DNA of 64,000 nucleotides from Candidatus Omnitrophota bacterium (GCA_035292445.1 DATDQB010000020.1:155484-219483); one strand, 5' to 3'; positions 46,624-56,427 are shown, numbered from the stretch's first letter. The notes: a model not told the origin generated them from the letters alone. A program made the numbers and translations.

Positions 46624-46652
46624 TTGACAACAGAAGCGACGAATGTTAGGAT
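46624..46652 (+). promoter_or_regulatory. sigma70 promoter (extended -10) for comF-lptFG
   Basis: TTGACA-17 nt-TAGGAT with TGn; GTG start only 6 nt downstream (possibly leaderless). Confidence 0.55.
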
Positions 46653-46658
46653 AGCGAC

Positions 46659-47384
46659 GTGTTAAAAGACCTGGTGGATGGTTTAACTTCCCTGGTCTAT
46701 CCCCCGCAGTGTATGCTTTGCCGCCAAATGCCTCGCGCTCTTTCCCCCTCCGGTTTGGTCTGTCCATCGTGCGCCGCAAAAATTTCCAGCAACCACCCCC
46801 CGTTCTGCCTCAAATGCATGCGTCATTTACGGAATATCGGACGCCCCGTCTGTACCAATTGCTGCGATCGCCCGATTTATTTCGACTTTGCCTGGAGCAG
46901 CTCTCTGTTTGAGGAGCCTTTGAAAGAACTCATTCATCGTTTCAAATATTACCAAAAAACGCTCCTGCGGCATTTTTTCGGAGAATTAATGGCCTCCTTC
47001 ATCCGGGAGTATCATCTGGACATCGGGCAATTCGATTGGGTTGCGCCTATTCCCTTGCATCCCAGCAAGTTAAGGGAGCGCGGGTTCAACCAGAGCCTCC
47101 TTTTGGCCGAACAGTTATGCAGGAATTTTGATAAAAAACTGCGGCCTGATGTGCTGTTGAAGGTGCGCCAAACGAAGAACCAGGCGGAATTAAGCCAAAA
47201 AGAACGCTGGACAAATATGGAAGGGGCTTTTAGAATAAAACGTTCTGAAAAAGTTTCTGGCAAGAATATTTTGCTGATCGATGACCTGTTAACGACGGGC
47301 GCGACCGCCTCCGAGGCGGCAAGGGCCCTGAAAGAAAACGGCGCCCAAAAAGTGGCCGTCTACACACTGGCCGTTGCCTTATGA
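46659..47384 (+). CDS. comF: ComF family protein (double zinc ribbon + PRTase)
   Basis: CxxC pairs; PIPLH..K.RERGFNQ; LLIDDLLTTGAT. Confidence 0.9.
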   Translation: MLKDLVDGLTSLVYPPQCMLCRQMPRALSPSGLVCPSCAAKISSNHPPFCLKCMRHLRNIGRPVCTNCCDRPIYFDFAWSSSLFEEPLKELIHRFKYYQKTLLRHFFGELMASFIREYHLDIGQFDWVAPIPLHPSKLRERGFNQSLLLAEQLCRNFDKKLRPDVLLKVRQTKNQAELSQKERWTNMEGAFRIKRSEKVSGKNILLIDDLLTTGATASEAARALKENGAQKVAVYTLAVAL

Positions 47385-47391
47385 GAAGACC

Positions 47392-48477
47392 ATGAAAATA
47401 CTGCGCACCTACATCTTGCGGGAAACATTCATCCCGTTCTTGCTGGCCCTCTGTGTCCTTACCTGTGTTTTCCTTCTGGGAAACCTGGTCAAACTGACCG
47501 ACATGGTCATCAATAAAGGAGTGGGCCTCTCAACGATCGGCAAGATCTTCATCCTCTATGTCCCGATGCTTTTGGGTTATACGCTTCCCATCGCGAGCCT
47601 TATTGCCGTCATTACAACCTTCAGCCAGCTTTCCTCCGATAACGAGATCCTGGCCATGCGCGCCTGCGGCATTCACCTGGGACGACTTCTTTTCCCTTTG
47701 TTTATCGTCGGCATCATATTAAGCCTTACCCTCATTATCCTCAATGAGCGCCTCATCCCTTACGCGCACTACCAGCAGCGCAACATCCTGAAGAATTTAG
47801 GCAAGGATAACCCGACCGCCTTCCTGGAGCCGGGCGTATTCATTGACGCCTTCGGGGACCAGATCCTTTTCATCCACAGGATCCAAGGCAATAAAATGTA
47901 TAACGTGACGATCTACCAGCCCCAAGCGAACCGCCCGACCCGCACGATCGTGGCCAAAGAAGGGGAATTTACCCCCGTGCCGGGCGAGGACCAGATCAAG
48001 CTCAAGCTTATCGATGGGACCAGTGACGAGCCGGATTTGACAAACCCGGAGAATTTCTACAAGCTGAACTTTCGAACATATTTCATGACGCTGGATTTCA
48101 CCAAAGAAAAGATCACCGCCCATAAAAAACCGAAAAGCATGAGCCTGGATGAGCTGTCCCAGGAGATCGAGCGGCTTCAAAGCCTGTTCATCGACCCCGG
48201 CAGCCTGGTCACCGAATACTGGCGGAAGATCGCCAGCTCCTTTTCCCCCTTATTTTTTATCCTCTTGGGCTTTCCGCTGGCGGTCGTGACCAACCGGCGG
48301 GAAAAATCCGCCAATATCATGCTGGCCATGATCTTTGCCGTCGGCTATTATGTGATCACCATGGGCTGCGAGGGCTTGAGTACGGAAAAGATCTTTCCCG
48401 CCCAATATATCATGTGGGCCCCTAACCTGCTGGCCGCCCTTGTGGCCGGCGCCTTATACACCAAATGCGTATCCTAG
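47392..48477 (+). CDS. lptF: LPS export permease LptF
   Basis: ILRTYI start, LSSDNEILAMRACG motif, 6-TM architecture. Confidence 0.88.
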   Translation: MKILRTYILRETFIPFLLALCVLTCVFLLGNLVKLTDMVINKGVGLSTIGKIFILYVPMLLGYTLPIASLIAVITTFSQLSSDNEILAMRACGIHLGRLLFPLFIVGIILSLTLIILNERLIPYAHYQQRNILKNLGKDNPTAFLEPGVFIDAFGDQILFIHRIQGNKMYNVTIYQPQANRPTRTIVAKEGEFTPVPGEDQIKLKLIDGTSDEPDLTNPENFYKLNFRTYFMTLDFTKEKITAHKKPKSMSLDELSQEIERLQSLFIDPGSLVTEYWRKIASSFSPLFFILLGFPLAVVTNRREKSANIMLAMIFAVGYYVITMGCEGLSTEKIFPAQYIMWAPNLLAALVAGALYTKCVS

Positions 48478-49565
48478 ACCGCTATATCCTTTCTTCCATC
48501 ATCAAGATCTTTGTCCTGACGGTCATTGTTTTCTGCCTCCTTTATATCCTTATCGATACCACCAATGGCCTGGATGACCTGATCGAACGCAAAGTGTCAT
48601 TGGGCTTGCTTTTATTCTACTACACGAACCTGCTGCCCCTGATCTTCGTCCAAACGAGCTCGACGGCAACGCTGGTGGCCATTCTTCTCACGTTCAGCCA
48701 TTTGAACGCGACCAACGAGGCCATTGCCATGCGCAGTAGCGGCATGAATTTCTGGCAGCTGACCAAACCCGCCGTCTTTTTCGGGCTCCTCGTTTCCGTC
48801 TTTGTCTTTTGGGTCAATGAGCAGATCGTTCCCCAGGCCTACTTGATGACCAAGGAGATCAGGGACGAAAAACTGCTCAGCCTTAAAAAAGTGGAATGGA
48901 AAAGGCAGGAACGCGTCAATAACCTGACCTTCTACGGGCTGCAGAACCGCCTTTATTTCATCGAACGCTATGATCCCGAGGCCGAAACGCTGCACGGGAT
49001 CACCATCATCGAGTTCGATGAGAACCAGGATATCCAGCAGAAGGTCGTGGCCTTATCGGGCACATGGACCGGGATCGCCTGGAAATTCTACAATTGCCAG
49101 ATCTCCGTGTTCGACCCCAACTCCCCCCGAACGCCCGTTAAATTCTATAAAGAAAAATTGATGGACATCAAAGATGGCCCGAAAGACCTGTTGAAACAAC
49201 GGCTCAACGTCGCCAGCATGAATTTCCGGCAGCTCGCGCAATATATCGACCGCTTCTCGACCAGCGGCGCGGTGCGGGCGATCAACAACCTGCGGGTGGA
49301 CCTTCACGGCAAGATCTCCTATCCCATGAGCAATTTCGTCATTGCCTTCACGGGCCTGCCTTTCGCGCTCATGATCCGTTCCCGCAAACGCTCCTCCTTT
49401 GCGGCAATCGGGGCGGCCATGGCGATCGGCTTTCTCTACTATGTCTTGACCGCCGTCTGCCTGGCTTTCGGCAAAGGCGGATTGTTCCCGCCCATCGTCG
49501 CCGCGTGGTCAGCGCCCCTCGTCACTATTTTGATCGGCCTGATCGTTATTGAAAGAAACTTCTAA
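48465..49565 (+). CDS. lptG: LPS export permease LptG
   Basis: MRILDRYI, NEAIAMRSSG, P..AAW.P. Confidence 0.88.
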   Translation: MRILDRYILSSIIKIFVLTVIVFCLLYILIDTTNGLDDLIERKVSLGLLLFYYTNLLPLIFVQTSSTATLVAILLTFSHLNATNEAIAMRSSGMNFWQLTKPAVFFGLLVSVFVFWVNEQIVPQAYLMTKEIRDEKLLSLKKVEWKRQERVNNLTFYGLQNRLYFIERYDPEAETLHGITIIEFDENQDIQQKVVALSGTWTGIAWKFYNCQISVFDPNSPRTPVKFYKEKLMDIKDGPKDLLKQRLNVASMNFRQLAQYIDRFSTSGAVRAINNLRVDLHGKISYPMSNFVIAFTGLPFALMIRSRKRSSFAAIGAAMAIGFLYYVLTAVCLAFGKGGLFPPIVAAWSAPLVTILIGLIVIERNF

Positions 49566-49567
49566 CC

Positions 49568-50227
49568 GTGAAGAGACATATTTTCCTCTTTATTTTCACC
49601 TTCCTTTTTCTCTCCCCCGCCCTTGCCCAGCCAACATATCATTTCCGCGAATACCGCAAAAATACCAATGAAACGATCGAACGCACTACCATCCGGTTCG
49701 AACACCAAGCAGGCACTATCAAAGCCTTCTTCGCCAGGGGCCTTGAAGATTTTCCCCAACAAGAAGAATACGTTCTCAACAAGGATTACGAAACGGTTTC
49801 CTGGAGCGTAACCAACCTTCAAACCGCGACCGCCTATACGGGAGAACGAAAAGGCAACACCGTTGTCATTAAGGGAAAGTTCCTGGGCAAGGAAGTCAAC
49901 AAAGTCCTCCCCATCGATAAGCGGCCGTTCTTTGCCTTCCCTAAGATCGCGCTTACCCGCTTCGCGCTCTCCAAAAAAAAAGAATTGGTGTTCTGGGCTC
50001 TGCGTAATGATGAGCTGACCGTCTTTAAGATGCTGGCCCAGCACAAGGGGACCGAAACGATCAGCGTGAACGGCGTTCCCGTGGAGGCCGTGAAGGTCTA
50101 TTGGAGCACGGTGAACCCGCTATTTCGCATCTTTAAACGCACCTATTATTATCGGGCAAGTGACGGGATATTTCTCAAGCAAGAATATCCTGATGGAAAG
50201 ATTCGGGAATTGGTGCAGGAAGAGTAG
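49568..50227 (+). CDS. Secreted hypothetical protein
   Basis: GTG start, signal peptide ending ALA, beta-rich. Confidence 0.65.
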   Translation: MKRHIFLFIFTFLFLSPALAQPTYHFREYRKNTNETIERTTIRFEHQAGTIKAFFARGLEDFPQQEEYVLNKDYETVSWSVTNLQTATAYTGERKGNTVVIKGKFLGKEVNKVLPIDKRPFFAFPKIALTRFALSKKKELVFWALRNDELTVFKMLAQHKGTETISVNGVPVEAVKVYWSTVNPLFRIFKRTYYYRASDGIFLKQEYPDGKIRELVQEE

Positions 50228-50251
50228 TGAACGGTCGCGACCGTTCCTTAC
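50224..50251. repeat. 28-bp GTAG-family REP spanning both convergent stop codons
   Basis: GTAGTGAACGGTCGCGACCGTTCCTTAC. Confidence 0.75.
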
Positions 50252-51369
50252 TTGTAGATACGTGGAATGTTATTGCCCAGCGAACAGACGATCTCGTAGC
50301 TGATCGTGTTGGCGTACGCGGCAAGCTCATCAGCGGTAATTGTATGGGAGCTTTGTTTTCCAAGGATCACGACCGGCGTGCCCAAACGCGCGCCTTTAAC
50401 CTTCGTTACATCGGCCACGATCTGATCCATGGTCACGCGCCCCAGGAGTCGGCAACGCTTCCCGCCGACCAAGACATCCGCTTTATTGGAGAGTAACCGC
50501 GGATACCCATCGCTGTAACCGATAGGGATGGTCGCGACCGTCATCGCAGCTTTAGCGATGAAGGTGCGGCCGTAACTGATGCTTCTTCCCTTCTCGATTC
50601 TTTTAAGAAAAATAATTCTTGAATGAACGCTCATCGCCGGTTTGAGGGAAATCAATTTCTTTAACCGTGCCTGCGGATACAGGCCGTAAAGCATGAGCCC
50701 CGGGCGGAATAGGTTCAACATCTTTGTCCGGTACCCCGCCAGCCCCATGCTGTTGGAGGCGTGGATGGTGGGAATGATAATTCCCTTTCGGTCCAGTTTC
50801 CTGACCAGATCATGCAATTGACGAATTTGGCGTTGCGTAAATTTTTTGTCCGTGTCAGCCGCGGGAAAATGCGTGTAAATGCCGTCGATAATTAAATAAG
50901 GAAGCCGGCTGACCTGTTCGATGAAAGAAAAAGCGTCCGCGTGCCAAACGCCGAGGCGCCCCATGCCGGTATCGACCTTCACGTGAACTTTCACCCGCCG
51001 CCCGGCCCTTTGGGCGCAGCGGTTCAGGGCGCTGGCCAACTCTCGCGTGCACACCGTCGGGATCAGATGATGATCACAAATAGCGGAAGCTTGCTGTGGG
51101 AGCGTGCTTTCGAATAATAGGACCGGCCCCTTGATGCCTAGCTTGCGCAAACGAATCCCTTCCTGGACATCGGAGACACCTAAATAGCCGGCGTGAAGTT
51201 TATCCAAGATTTTAGCGATCCTGTCCATCCCGTGGCCGTACGCTTCGGCTTTGACAACGGCCAAGATGCGGCTCTTCGATCCGGCCAGCCGCTTGATGAC
51301 GGCGAAATTATGGCGGACCGCGCTCAAGTCGACCTCAACCCACGTTAACGGCCTTAGATCTTTACTCAT
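50248..51369 (-). CDS. alr: Alanine racemase
   Basis: AVVKAEAYGHG, KVDTGMGRLG, GYSDG, GRVTMD. Confidence 0.96.
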   Translation of the reverse strand: MSKDLRPLTWVEVDLSAVRHNFAVIKRLAGSKSRILAVVKAEAYGHGMDRIAKILDKLHAGYLGVSDVQEGIRLRKLGIKGPVLLFESTLPQQASAICDHHLIPTVCTRELASALNRCAQRAGRRVKVHVKVDTGMGRLGVWHADAFSFIEQVSRLPYLIIDGIYTHFPAADTDKKFTQRQIRQLHDLVRKLDRKGIIIPTIHASNSMGLAGYRTKMLNLFRPGLMLYGLYPQARLKKLISLKPAMSVHSRIIFLKRIEKGRSISYGRTFIAKAAMTVATIPIGYSDGYPRLLSNKADVLVGGKRCRLLGRVTMDQIVADVTKVKGARLGTPVVILGKQSSHTITADELAAYANTISYEIVCSLGNNIPRIYK

Positions 51370-52040
51370 CGATTGACCACCTGGCAGTCTTCCGCGTATA
51401 GATAAATGGGCACAAGCGTCGCCGCCTCATCAAAATCTTTCTTGGCGATCCGCGAAGAAGCAAGGGCGATCAAGTGCTTGGCTTGAGGCGCCCCATATTT
51501 TTCCGCTGCCAACGTCGCGCCGGGATGTTTAAGGACCCTTTCCTTCCCTATATTTATACCATCGCCTACAAAAACCGTCTGCCCCTTAACTGTTTTTAAA
51601 AGCTCTTCCATGGGAACGAGCATATAATCGTCGACGCGTTTAAGCTGTCCCCCTTTTTTCTCATAGCGGCAGGCGTACAATAAATTCCGCCGGGCATCCA
51701 AGATAACACAGATCTGCGCATCCTCTTGTGGCACACCGTAAGCGATCGCATCCAAACTTGCGACCCCGATAATGGGGATGCGCAAGCTGTAAGAAATGGC
51801 CTTGGCCGTTGCCAAACCGACGCGCAGCCCCGTGAAAGAGCCCGGCCCAAGCCCAACGACGATCACGTCCACTTTCTTGATCGTCAGTGAAGCCGCTTTA
51901 AGGATACTTTCAATATAACCGCTGAGCTTGGCGGATAGGTCTTTTTTAAAGCCGTAGTTCTTGGTACGGACAACCTTCCCGTCCTTGGCAACCGCCAGGC
52001 TGGCATCGCGTAATGATGTGTCCAGAGCAAGTATGTTCAT
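51366..52040 (-). CDS. tsaB: t6A37 biosynthesis protein TsaB
   Basis: ILALDTS, GPGSFTGLRVG, DARR. Confidence 0.95.
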   Translation of the reverse strand: MNILALDTSLRDASLAVAKDGKVVRTKNYGFKKDLSAKLSGYIESILKAASLTIKKVDVIVVGLGPGSFTGLRVGLATAKAISYSLRIPIIGVASLDAIAYGVPQEDAQICVILDARRNLLYACRYEKKGGQLKRVDDYMLVPMEELLKTVKGQTVFVGDGINIGKERVLKHPGATLAAEKYGAPQAKHLIALASSRIAKKDFDEAATLVPIYLYAEDCQVVNR

Positions 52041-52498
52041 GATCGTACAAATTCCTTTAACGAACTTAAAATTTTTTCGTACTTGTTTCCTTGGGCACTG
52101 CATTCCAAGCGCCTCTCATTGGTTGAAACATGAGCTAATTCGATCTTCAGGAACTCTTTGGGATACAATTCCTGCAGCTTATCCGCCCATTCGACAACAC
52201 TGACACCGTTGCCGTAAAGAAATTCTTCATAACCGATTTGCTCGATCTCCTTGGGGTTCTCCAGCCGGTAAAAATCAAAATGGTACAACGGCAGCTTCCC
52301 CTCATAAACGTTCATCAAAACAAACGTCGGGCTGTTGACCGCCTCCGGCTTGAGCTTCAAGCCCTGGGCCAGCCCCTTAACGAGCGTTGTCTTGCCGCTT
52401 CCCAGCTCGCCATGCAAACAAACGATACTGCCCGGTTTCAAATGTTGCGCCAACGCCTTGCCGAGTCTCATCGTTTCTTCAGCGCTTTTGGTGATCAT
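52037..52498 (-). CDS. tsaE: t6A37 biosynthesis ATPase TsaE
   Basis: GELGSGKTT, SPTF, HFDFYRL, VEW. Confidence 0.96.
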   Translation of the reverse strand: MITKSAEETMRLGKALAQHLKPGSIVCLHGELGSGKTTLVKGLAQGLKLKPEAVNSPTFVLMNVYEGKLPLYHFDFYRLENPKEIEQIGYEEFLYGNGVSVVEWADKLQELYPKEFLKIELAHVSTNERRLECSAQGNKYEKILSSLKEFVRS

Positions 52499-52506
52499 GG
52501 TTTCCC

Positions 52507-53433
52507 TTAGAAATGCCGATACCCTTTAAGATTTAATGAAACAAAGCTTTTATTGGCTTTCATCAGCAAAAGCCTGCCCTTGGCCTTGGTGATCTCACCG
52601 ATACGGTAAATGCGAAAATGTTTTTGTGCCATCAAGCGGAAAGCTTCTTTCGCCGGAACCGTTACGATCAGCTCAAAATCCTCGCCGTCGTACAGGGCAT
52701 TATGTAGGGGCACAGCGCGCTGTGCCCCTACCAATCGTCTGGGAATCAATTTTTCATAAATCGTGGCGCCGACCTTGCTTTGCGTTAGGATATGTCCTAG
52801 ATCGGCCGCCAGCCCATCGGAGACATCGATCATGGATGTCGGATGGAATCTCTTCACCAAATATTGGGACTCATCGATCCTTGGAGTGAACTTAAGATGC
52901 TGGCCGCTCTTCAAAGATCCGCCCAACGCTCCCGTAACAAATATATGGTCACCGACCTTGGCACCGCTTCTTAAAACAAGCTGCTTCTTTTTAACCTCGC
53001 CGGTCAAAGCAATGTTGATGATGATTTTTTGGCTTTTGACCGTGTCGCCACCGACAACGCTAACACCGAACTTGCGCGCCAGATCATGAATGCCCCGGTA
53101 AATGTCGCGGACCTTCTCCCACGAAGTCTGGCCGGATATTCCTAAAGACACAAGCGCGTAGCGGGCAACACCTCCCATGGCCGCGATGTCGCTTAAATTA
53201 CACGCGAGCGCCTTGCGGCCGATCAAATACGCAGGATCGTCTTTCCTGAAATGCACACCCTCCATGATCATGTCCGTTGTCAGAAGCGAATATCGTTTCT
53301 TATCCAACGCCACGACCGCCGTGTCATCGCCGATGCCGGCAATAACCGACGTAGGGAACGCTCGCGAGCGTTCCCTACATTGCCTCTTGATACGCTCGAT
53401 CAAACCAAATTCACCTAACGCGGAAATCTTCAT
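52507..53433 (-). CDS. thiL: Thiamine-phosphate kinase
   Basis: GEFGLI, GIGDDTA, NLSDIAAMG, GGDT, DVSDGL, GEDFEL. Confidence 0.95.
   Translation of the reverse strand: MKISALGEFGLIERIKRQCRERSRAFPTSVIAGIGDDTAVVALDKKRYSLLTTDMIMEGVHFRKDDPAYLIGRKALACNLSDIAAMGGVARYALVSLGISGQTSWEKVRDIYRGIHDLARKFGVSVVGGDTVKSQKIIINIALTGEVKKKQLVLRSGAKVGDHIFVTGALGGSLKSGQHLKFTPRIDESQYLVKRFHPTSMIDVSDGLAADLGHILTQSKVGATIYEKLIPRRLVGAQRAVPLHNALYDGEDFELIVTVPAKEAFRLMAQKHFRIYRIGEITKAKGRLLLMKANKSFVSLNLKGYRHF
52704..52731. repeat. 28-bp perfect palindrome (REP) in-frame in thiL
   Basis: GTAGGGGCACAGCGCGCTGTGCCCCTAC encoding VGAQRAVPL. Confidence 0.85.
53351..53378. repeat. 28-bp perfect palindrome (REP) in-frame in thiL
   Basis: GTAGGGAACGCTCGCGAGCGTTCCCTAC encoding CRERSRAFPT. 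Confidence 0.85.
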
Positions 53434-54443
53434 AAATGGCGGATTATCCCTTTTTCCGTCACAAACCCCGTGATCAATTCGTGCGGTGTCACATCGAAGG
53501 CCGGATTATAAACTTTGACGTTCTTGGGCGCTGTCGGAATGCCTCCCCACTGGATGACTTCTTTCCTATCCCTTTGTTCGATCGGGATGGCGCGGCCATT
53601 CTTCGTCTTAAGGTCGAACGTCGTTGACGGCGCGACCACGTAAAAAGGAACCCGGTGATGCTTGGCCAATACAGCCAGCATGTAAGTGCCGATCTTGTTG
53701 GCGGTATCGCCATTGGCCGCGATGCGGTCCGCGCCGGTTAAAATAAGATCGACTTTACCCTGCTTCATGAGTGTCGCCGCCATGTTATCACAAATGAGCG
53801 TGACATCGATTCTTCTGCGCATCAGCTCCCAGGTCGTCAGCCGCGCTCCTTGCAGGAGCGGGCGCGTTTCGCACGCGTAGACCGAAAATCTCTTCCCCGC
53901 TTCCTTGGCCGCGTACATGACGCCTGCCGCTGTGCCGTAATCGACCGTTGCCAACACGCCCGTGTTACAGATCGTCAGAACCCGAGAGCCCGATCTGATC
54001 AAAGAACTGCCCGCTTTTCCCATGGCCCGGCAAAGGCGGCGGTCCTCTTCGTACATACGAAACGCTTCTTTCTTTAACGCGGCCTTGATCTGGGAAACGC
54101 TCCGGCGCTTATTGCCCTGGGCCGCCTTTTCCATCCGTTCAAGGGCGTAAAATAAATTCACGGCAGTCGGCCGCGAGGTGCGTAAATACGCGGCGGTTTT
54201 CTTGATATGCTGTTGTAGGGAACGCTCGCGAGCGTTCCCTACATTAAATCCCTTCAATCCCAAAAGAACACCGAAAGCCCCGGCCACGCCCAATGCCGGC
54301 GCACCGCGGACCTTCAATTGCTTGATCGCTTTCCAAAGGGAAGTTACGTCAGAGTAAGTGCAGTAGACAAGCTTCTGCGGAAGCTTGGTTTGGTCGATGA
54401 GCTTGACCTTGCCGTTGACCCATTTGATAGTTTGGATGGACAT
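53430..54443 (-). CDS. mtnA: Methylthioribose-1-phosphate isomerase
   Basis: DQTKLP, VRGAPA, SRPTAVNL, ETRPLLQGARLT, GDTANKIG, NPAFDVTP. Confidence 0.95.
   Translation of the reverse strand: MSIQTIKWVNGKVKLIDQTKLPQKLVYCTYSDVTSLWKAIKQLKVRGAPALGVAGAFGVLLGLKGFNVGNARERSLQQHIKKTAAYLRTSRPTAVNLFYALERMEKAAQGNKRRSVSQIKAALKKEAFRMYEEDRRLCRAMGKAGSSLIRSGSRVLTICNTGVLATVDYGTAAGVMYAAKEAGKRFSVYACETRPLLQGARLTTWELMRRRIDVTLICDNMAATLMKQGKVDLILTGADRIAANGDTANKIGTYMLAVLAKHHRVPFYVVAPSTTFDLKTKNGRAIPIEQRDRKEVIQWGGIPTAPKNVKVYNPAFDVTPHELITGFVTEKGIIRHL
54215..54242. repeat. 28-bp perfect palindrome (REP) in-frame in mtnA
   Basis: Identical to 53351-53378 but read as VGNARERSLQ. Confidence 0.85.
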
Positions 54444-54490
54444 ATTACCGAAAACTACAGTCTAGAGTCTAGTGTCTGAAGTCTCCAACC

Positions 54491-54664
54491 CTAATTTCCC
54501 GACCCCGGAGGGTTCTTCTTGATACTTTCTTCCACGTGCTCGGAGCCGCTGCTGATCCAGCCGCCCACGGTCTTGACATCATCCCCGATACCTTTTATGG
54601 TATTGCAACCATAAAGCGAGCCCATCAAGGCCAGGGTTAGAACACCTAAGATAACTTTTCTCAT
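54491..54664 (-). CDS. Entericidin EcnA/B-like small lipoprotein
   Basis: LYGCNTIKGIGDDV matches the C-N-T-x-x-G-x-G-x-D signature. Confidence 0.75.
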   Translation of the reverse strand: MRKVILGVLTLALMGSLYGCNTIKGIGDDVKTVGGWISSGSEHVEESIKKNPPGSGN

Positions 54665-54744
54665 GTTAACTCCTTCCGTGAAGTTTTTCCTGCTCCCAAA
54701 GCGCGAGTCCGCCAACGGCAGACGAGCATTTGGGGTTACCTTAA

Positions 54745-55050
54745 TTATATAGGGCGCGGCGGCCGAGCGGAGCGGGCTGCGCGATCCTTGTCACCGGGCC
54801 GGAAGGGTTTCTTCTTTTCCACATACCTTCTGCCCTCATCTTGTCGCTTGTGGCTAAAAGCGCTTCCCCGCGGATTTTCATAGCGTTGATGCGCTCCATA
54901 GCTGCGGGATGATGGGGGATAACTCTTTGGCCCCGCTTGCCTGCCCGCTGACTGAGCCACCAGCGTGTCGATCTTGCGCTCAAGATAGGTGATCTGTTTT
55001 TGCAGTTCCTTAATTAAAGTAATGACTGTTTCATTGGCTTGCTGTTCCAT
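54745..55050 (-). CDS. Hypothetical protein (coiled coil plus basic disordered tail)
   Basis: AAGGAG RBS; heptad pattern in the N-terminus. Confidence 0.6.
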   Translation of the reverse strand: MEQQANETVITLIKELQKQITYLERKIDTLVAQSAGRQAGPKSYPPSSRSYGAHQRYENPRGSAFSHKRQDEGRRYVEKKKPFRPGDKDRAARSARPPRPI

Positions 55051-55107
55051 AGATACTCCTTAATTTATGTGTCCCTTTTTAAAGTGCCTGGCATCTATTT
55101 TTTATTT

Positions 55108-55230
55108 TCAGGTTATTGGGTCATCAGGCGATCAGGTTGCAGGAAATCGGGGTATTGGGATATTTGGTAAAACCCGATATCCTGATAACCTAATTCCCTC
55201 CATCCTGATATCCTGATTCCCTGATGACCT
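55108..55230. repeat. Inverted array of octamer repeats (ATCAGGNN / NCCTGATN)
   Basis: TCAGGTTA TTGGGTCA TCAGGCGA TCAGGTTG ... TCCTGATA ... TCCTGATA TCCTGATT CCCTGATG; overlaps 3' end of ORF 55190. Confidence 0.65.
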
Positions 55231-55507
55231 TTACCTTCTTCTTCTCCGCCAATTTTTTGGCCTTGGCGACCGCTTTAGCTTCTTTTTTGCGCTGCGCCTT
55301 TAAATTCTTATTCAACTGTTCCGTTCTCTTGATCGCGTCCTTCGCCCTCTTGGCATCGTCTTCTTTTCTCAGCTGCAGCTTATCAACATTGCGAAAAATA
55401 TTCCCGCCGTTGCCCGCGCTTGGGGCCTGGTCGGACAAAGCCAATGCGCTGGTGATGGGTATTAAGAAAATGCCTGCCGCGACCGATATAGCCTTAATGT
55501 TCGTCAT
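55190..55507 (-). CDS. Secreted basic hypothetical protein
   Basis: Signal peptide ending ALA; Lys/Ala-rich helix. Confidence 0.55.
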   Translation of the reverse strand: MTNIKAISVAAGIFLIPITSALALSDQAPSAGNGGNIFRNVDKLQLRKEDDAKRAKDAIKRTEQLNKNLKAQRKKEAKAVAKAKKLAEKKKVKVIRESGYQDGGN

Positions 55508-55679
55508 CCTGCTCCGCCATTTTCTTTAGGACAATCTCGATCGTTGCCGCGTCAACATCCGCTTCCCTCATGAGCGCCTCGGCGCGCTTTAGGTCATCGC
55601 CATCGACGGCGTCCATGAATTCCTCAAGCTTATCGATCCGCGCCATTTGCTCTAACACCAATGACCCTTCGAAATCCAT
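55494..55679 (-). CDS. Small acidic hypothetical protein
   Basis: GAGGTGG RBS; tightly packed in operon. Confidence 0.6.
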   Translation of the reverse strand: MDFEGSLVLEQMARIDKLEEFMDAVDGDDLKRAEALMREADVDAATIEIVLKKMAEQDDEH

Positions 55680-55691
55680 GGAATTCCACCT

Positions 55692-56021
55692 CTATTTTCG
55701 CGGCAACTGGGAAACAAAACCAATGGCTTGATCGATCCACTCCTTCAAGGCAGCCTCGCCCTTCAACCCTTGCGGCTTCGCCATGACCCAACCCTTCATG
55801 GCCCGGCCAGTAATGTCAAAAGGCACGGTGTTCTTTTTCTTTAAAGCGATCCCGGCATTTGCCTCACCCAAGCGCAGGATCAGATTATCTTTCCAGATCC
55901 CAAAGCACATATTGCCGCGCAGCAAAAATCCCACCCCGCCGAACATTTTTTGTTGCTGGAAATCCCTTCGCTCCTCCACTATCTTCGCCAAACGTTTTTC
56001 GAGTTTCTGATCGTAGGCCAT
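55692..56021 (-). CDS. TfoX/Sxy N-terminal domain protein
   Basis: KMFGGVGFL..GNM..G....LILR, GR.MKGWV motifs. Confidence 0.85.
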   Translation of the reverse strand: MAYDQKLEKRLAKIVEERRDFQQQKMFGGVGFLLRGNMCFGIWKDNLILRLGEANAGIALKKKNTVPFDITGRAMKGWVMAKPQGLKGEAALKEWIDQAIGFVSQLPRK

Positions 56022-56041
56022 AATTAATTGAACCTGTCCCC

Positions 56042-56383
56042 TCAGAGTGTCCTGTCCCCTTCTCCTTTTTCTAAGTTACCTATACATTGATATTTAACTG
56101 TTACCAGATTGTCCGAACAAAAAGAGTTCTCACCAGATTGACATACAGAAGTTGCTTGTCCAAAGGGTTCAGCACTATCATATCCCCAAGCCTGACATCT
56201 CTGCTTCGCAGTTTGCAATGCTGACGCCCAATCTACTTCAACCGTGTCCAGCCAACTATATTGATAGGACATCTCTATAATGCCGTCTGCCCGACTTCCA
56301 CCCGTTGGTTGTAAAACTTTTACCACCGTACACCCAATGAAAACGGGCAATAGGGCTGTCATTATTAAAATCTTTGTTTTCAT
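56042..56383 (-). CDS. YecR-like lipoprotein
   Basis: Lipobox FIGC; GGSRADG, A.QRC.AWGY..AEPFG, YQC motifs. Confidence 0.8.
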   Translation of the reverse strand: MKTKILIMTALLPVFIGCTVVKVLQPTGGSRADGIIEMSYQYSWLDTVEVDWASALQTAKQRCQAWGYDSAEPFGQATSVCQSGENSFCSDNLVTVKYQCIGNLEKGEGDRTL

Positions 56384-56427
56384 ATTCTTTGGAAAATCAT
56401 GGAGAAGGAGAAGGGGACAGGACACTC
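56045..56427. mobile_element. Cassette bounded by 23-bp perfect inverted repeats, carrying the YecR-like gene
   Basis: GAGTGTCCTGTCCCCTTCTCCTT (56045-56067) and AAGGAGAAGGGGACAGGACACTC (56405-56427). Confidence 0.55.
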
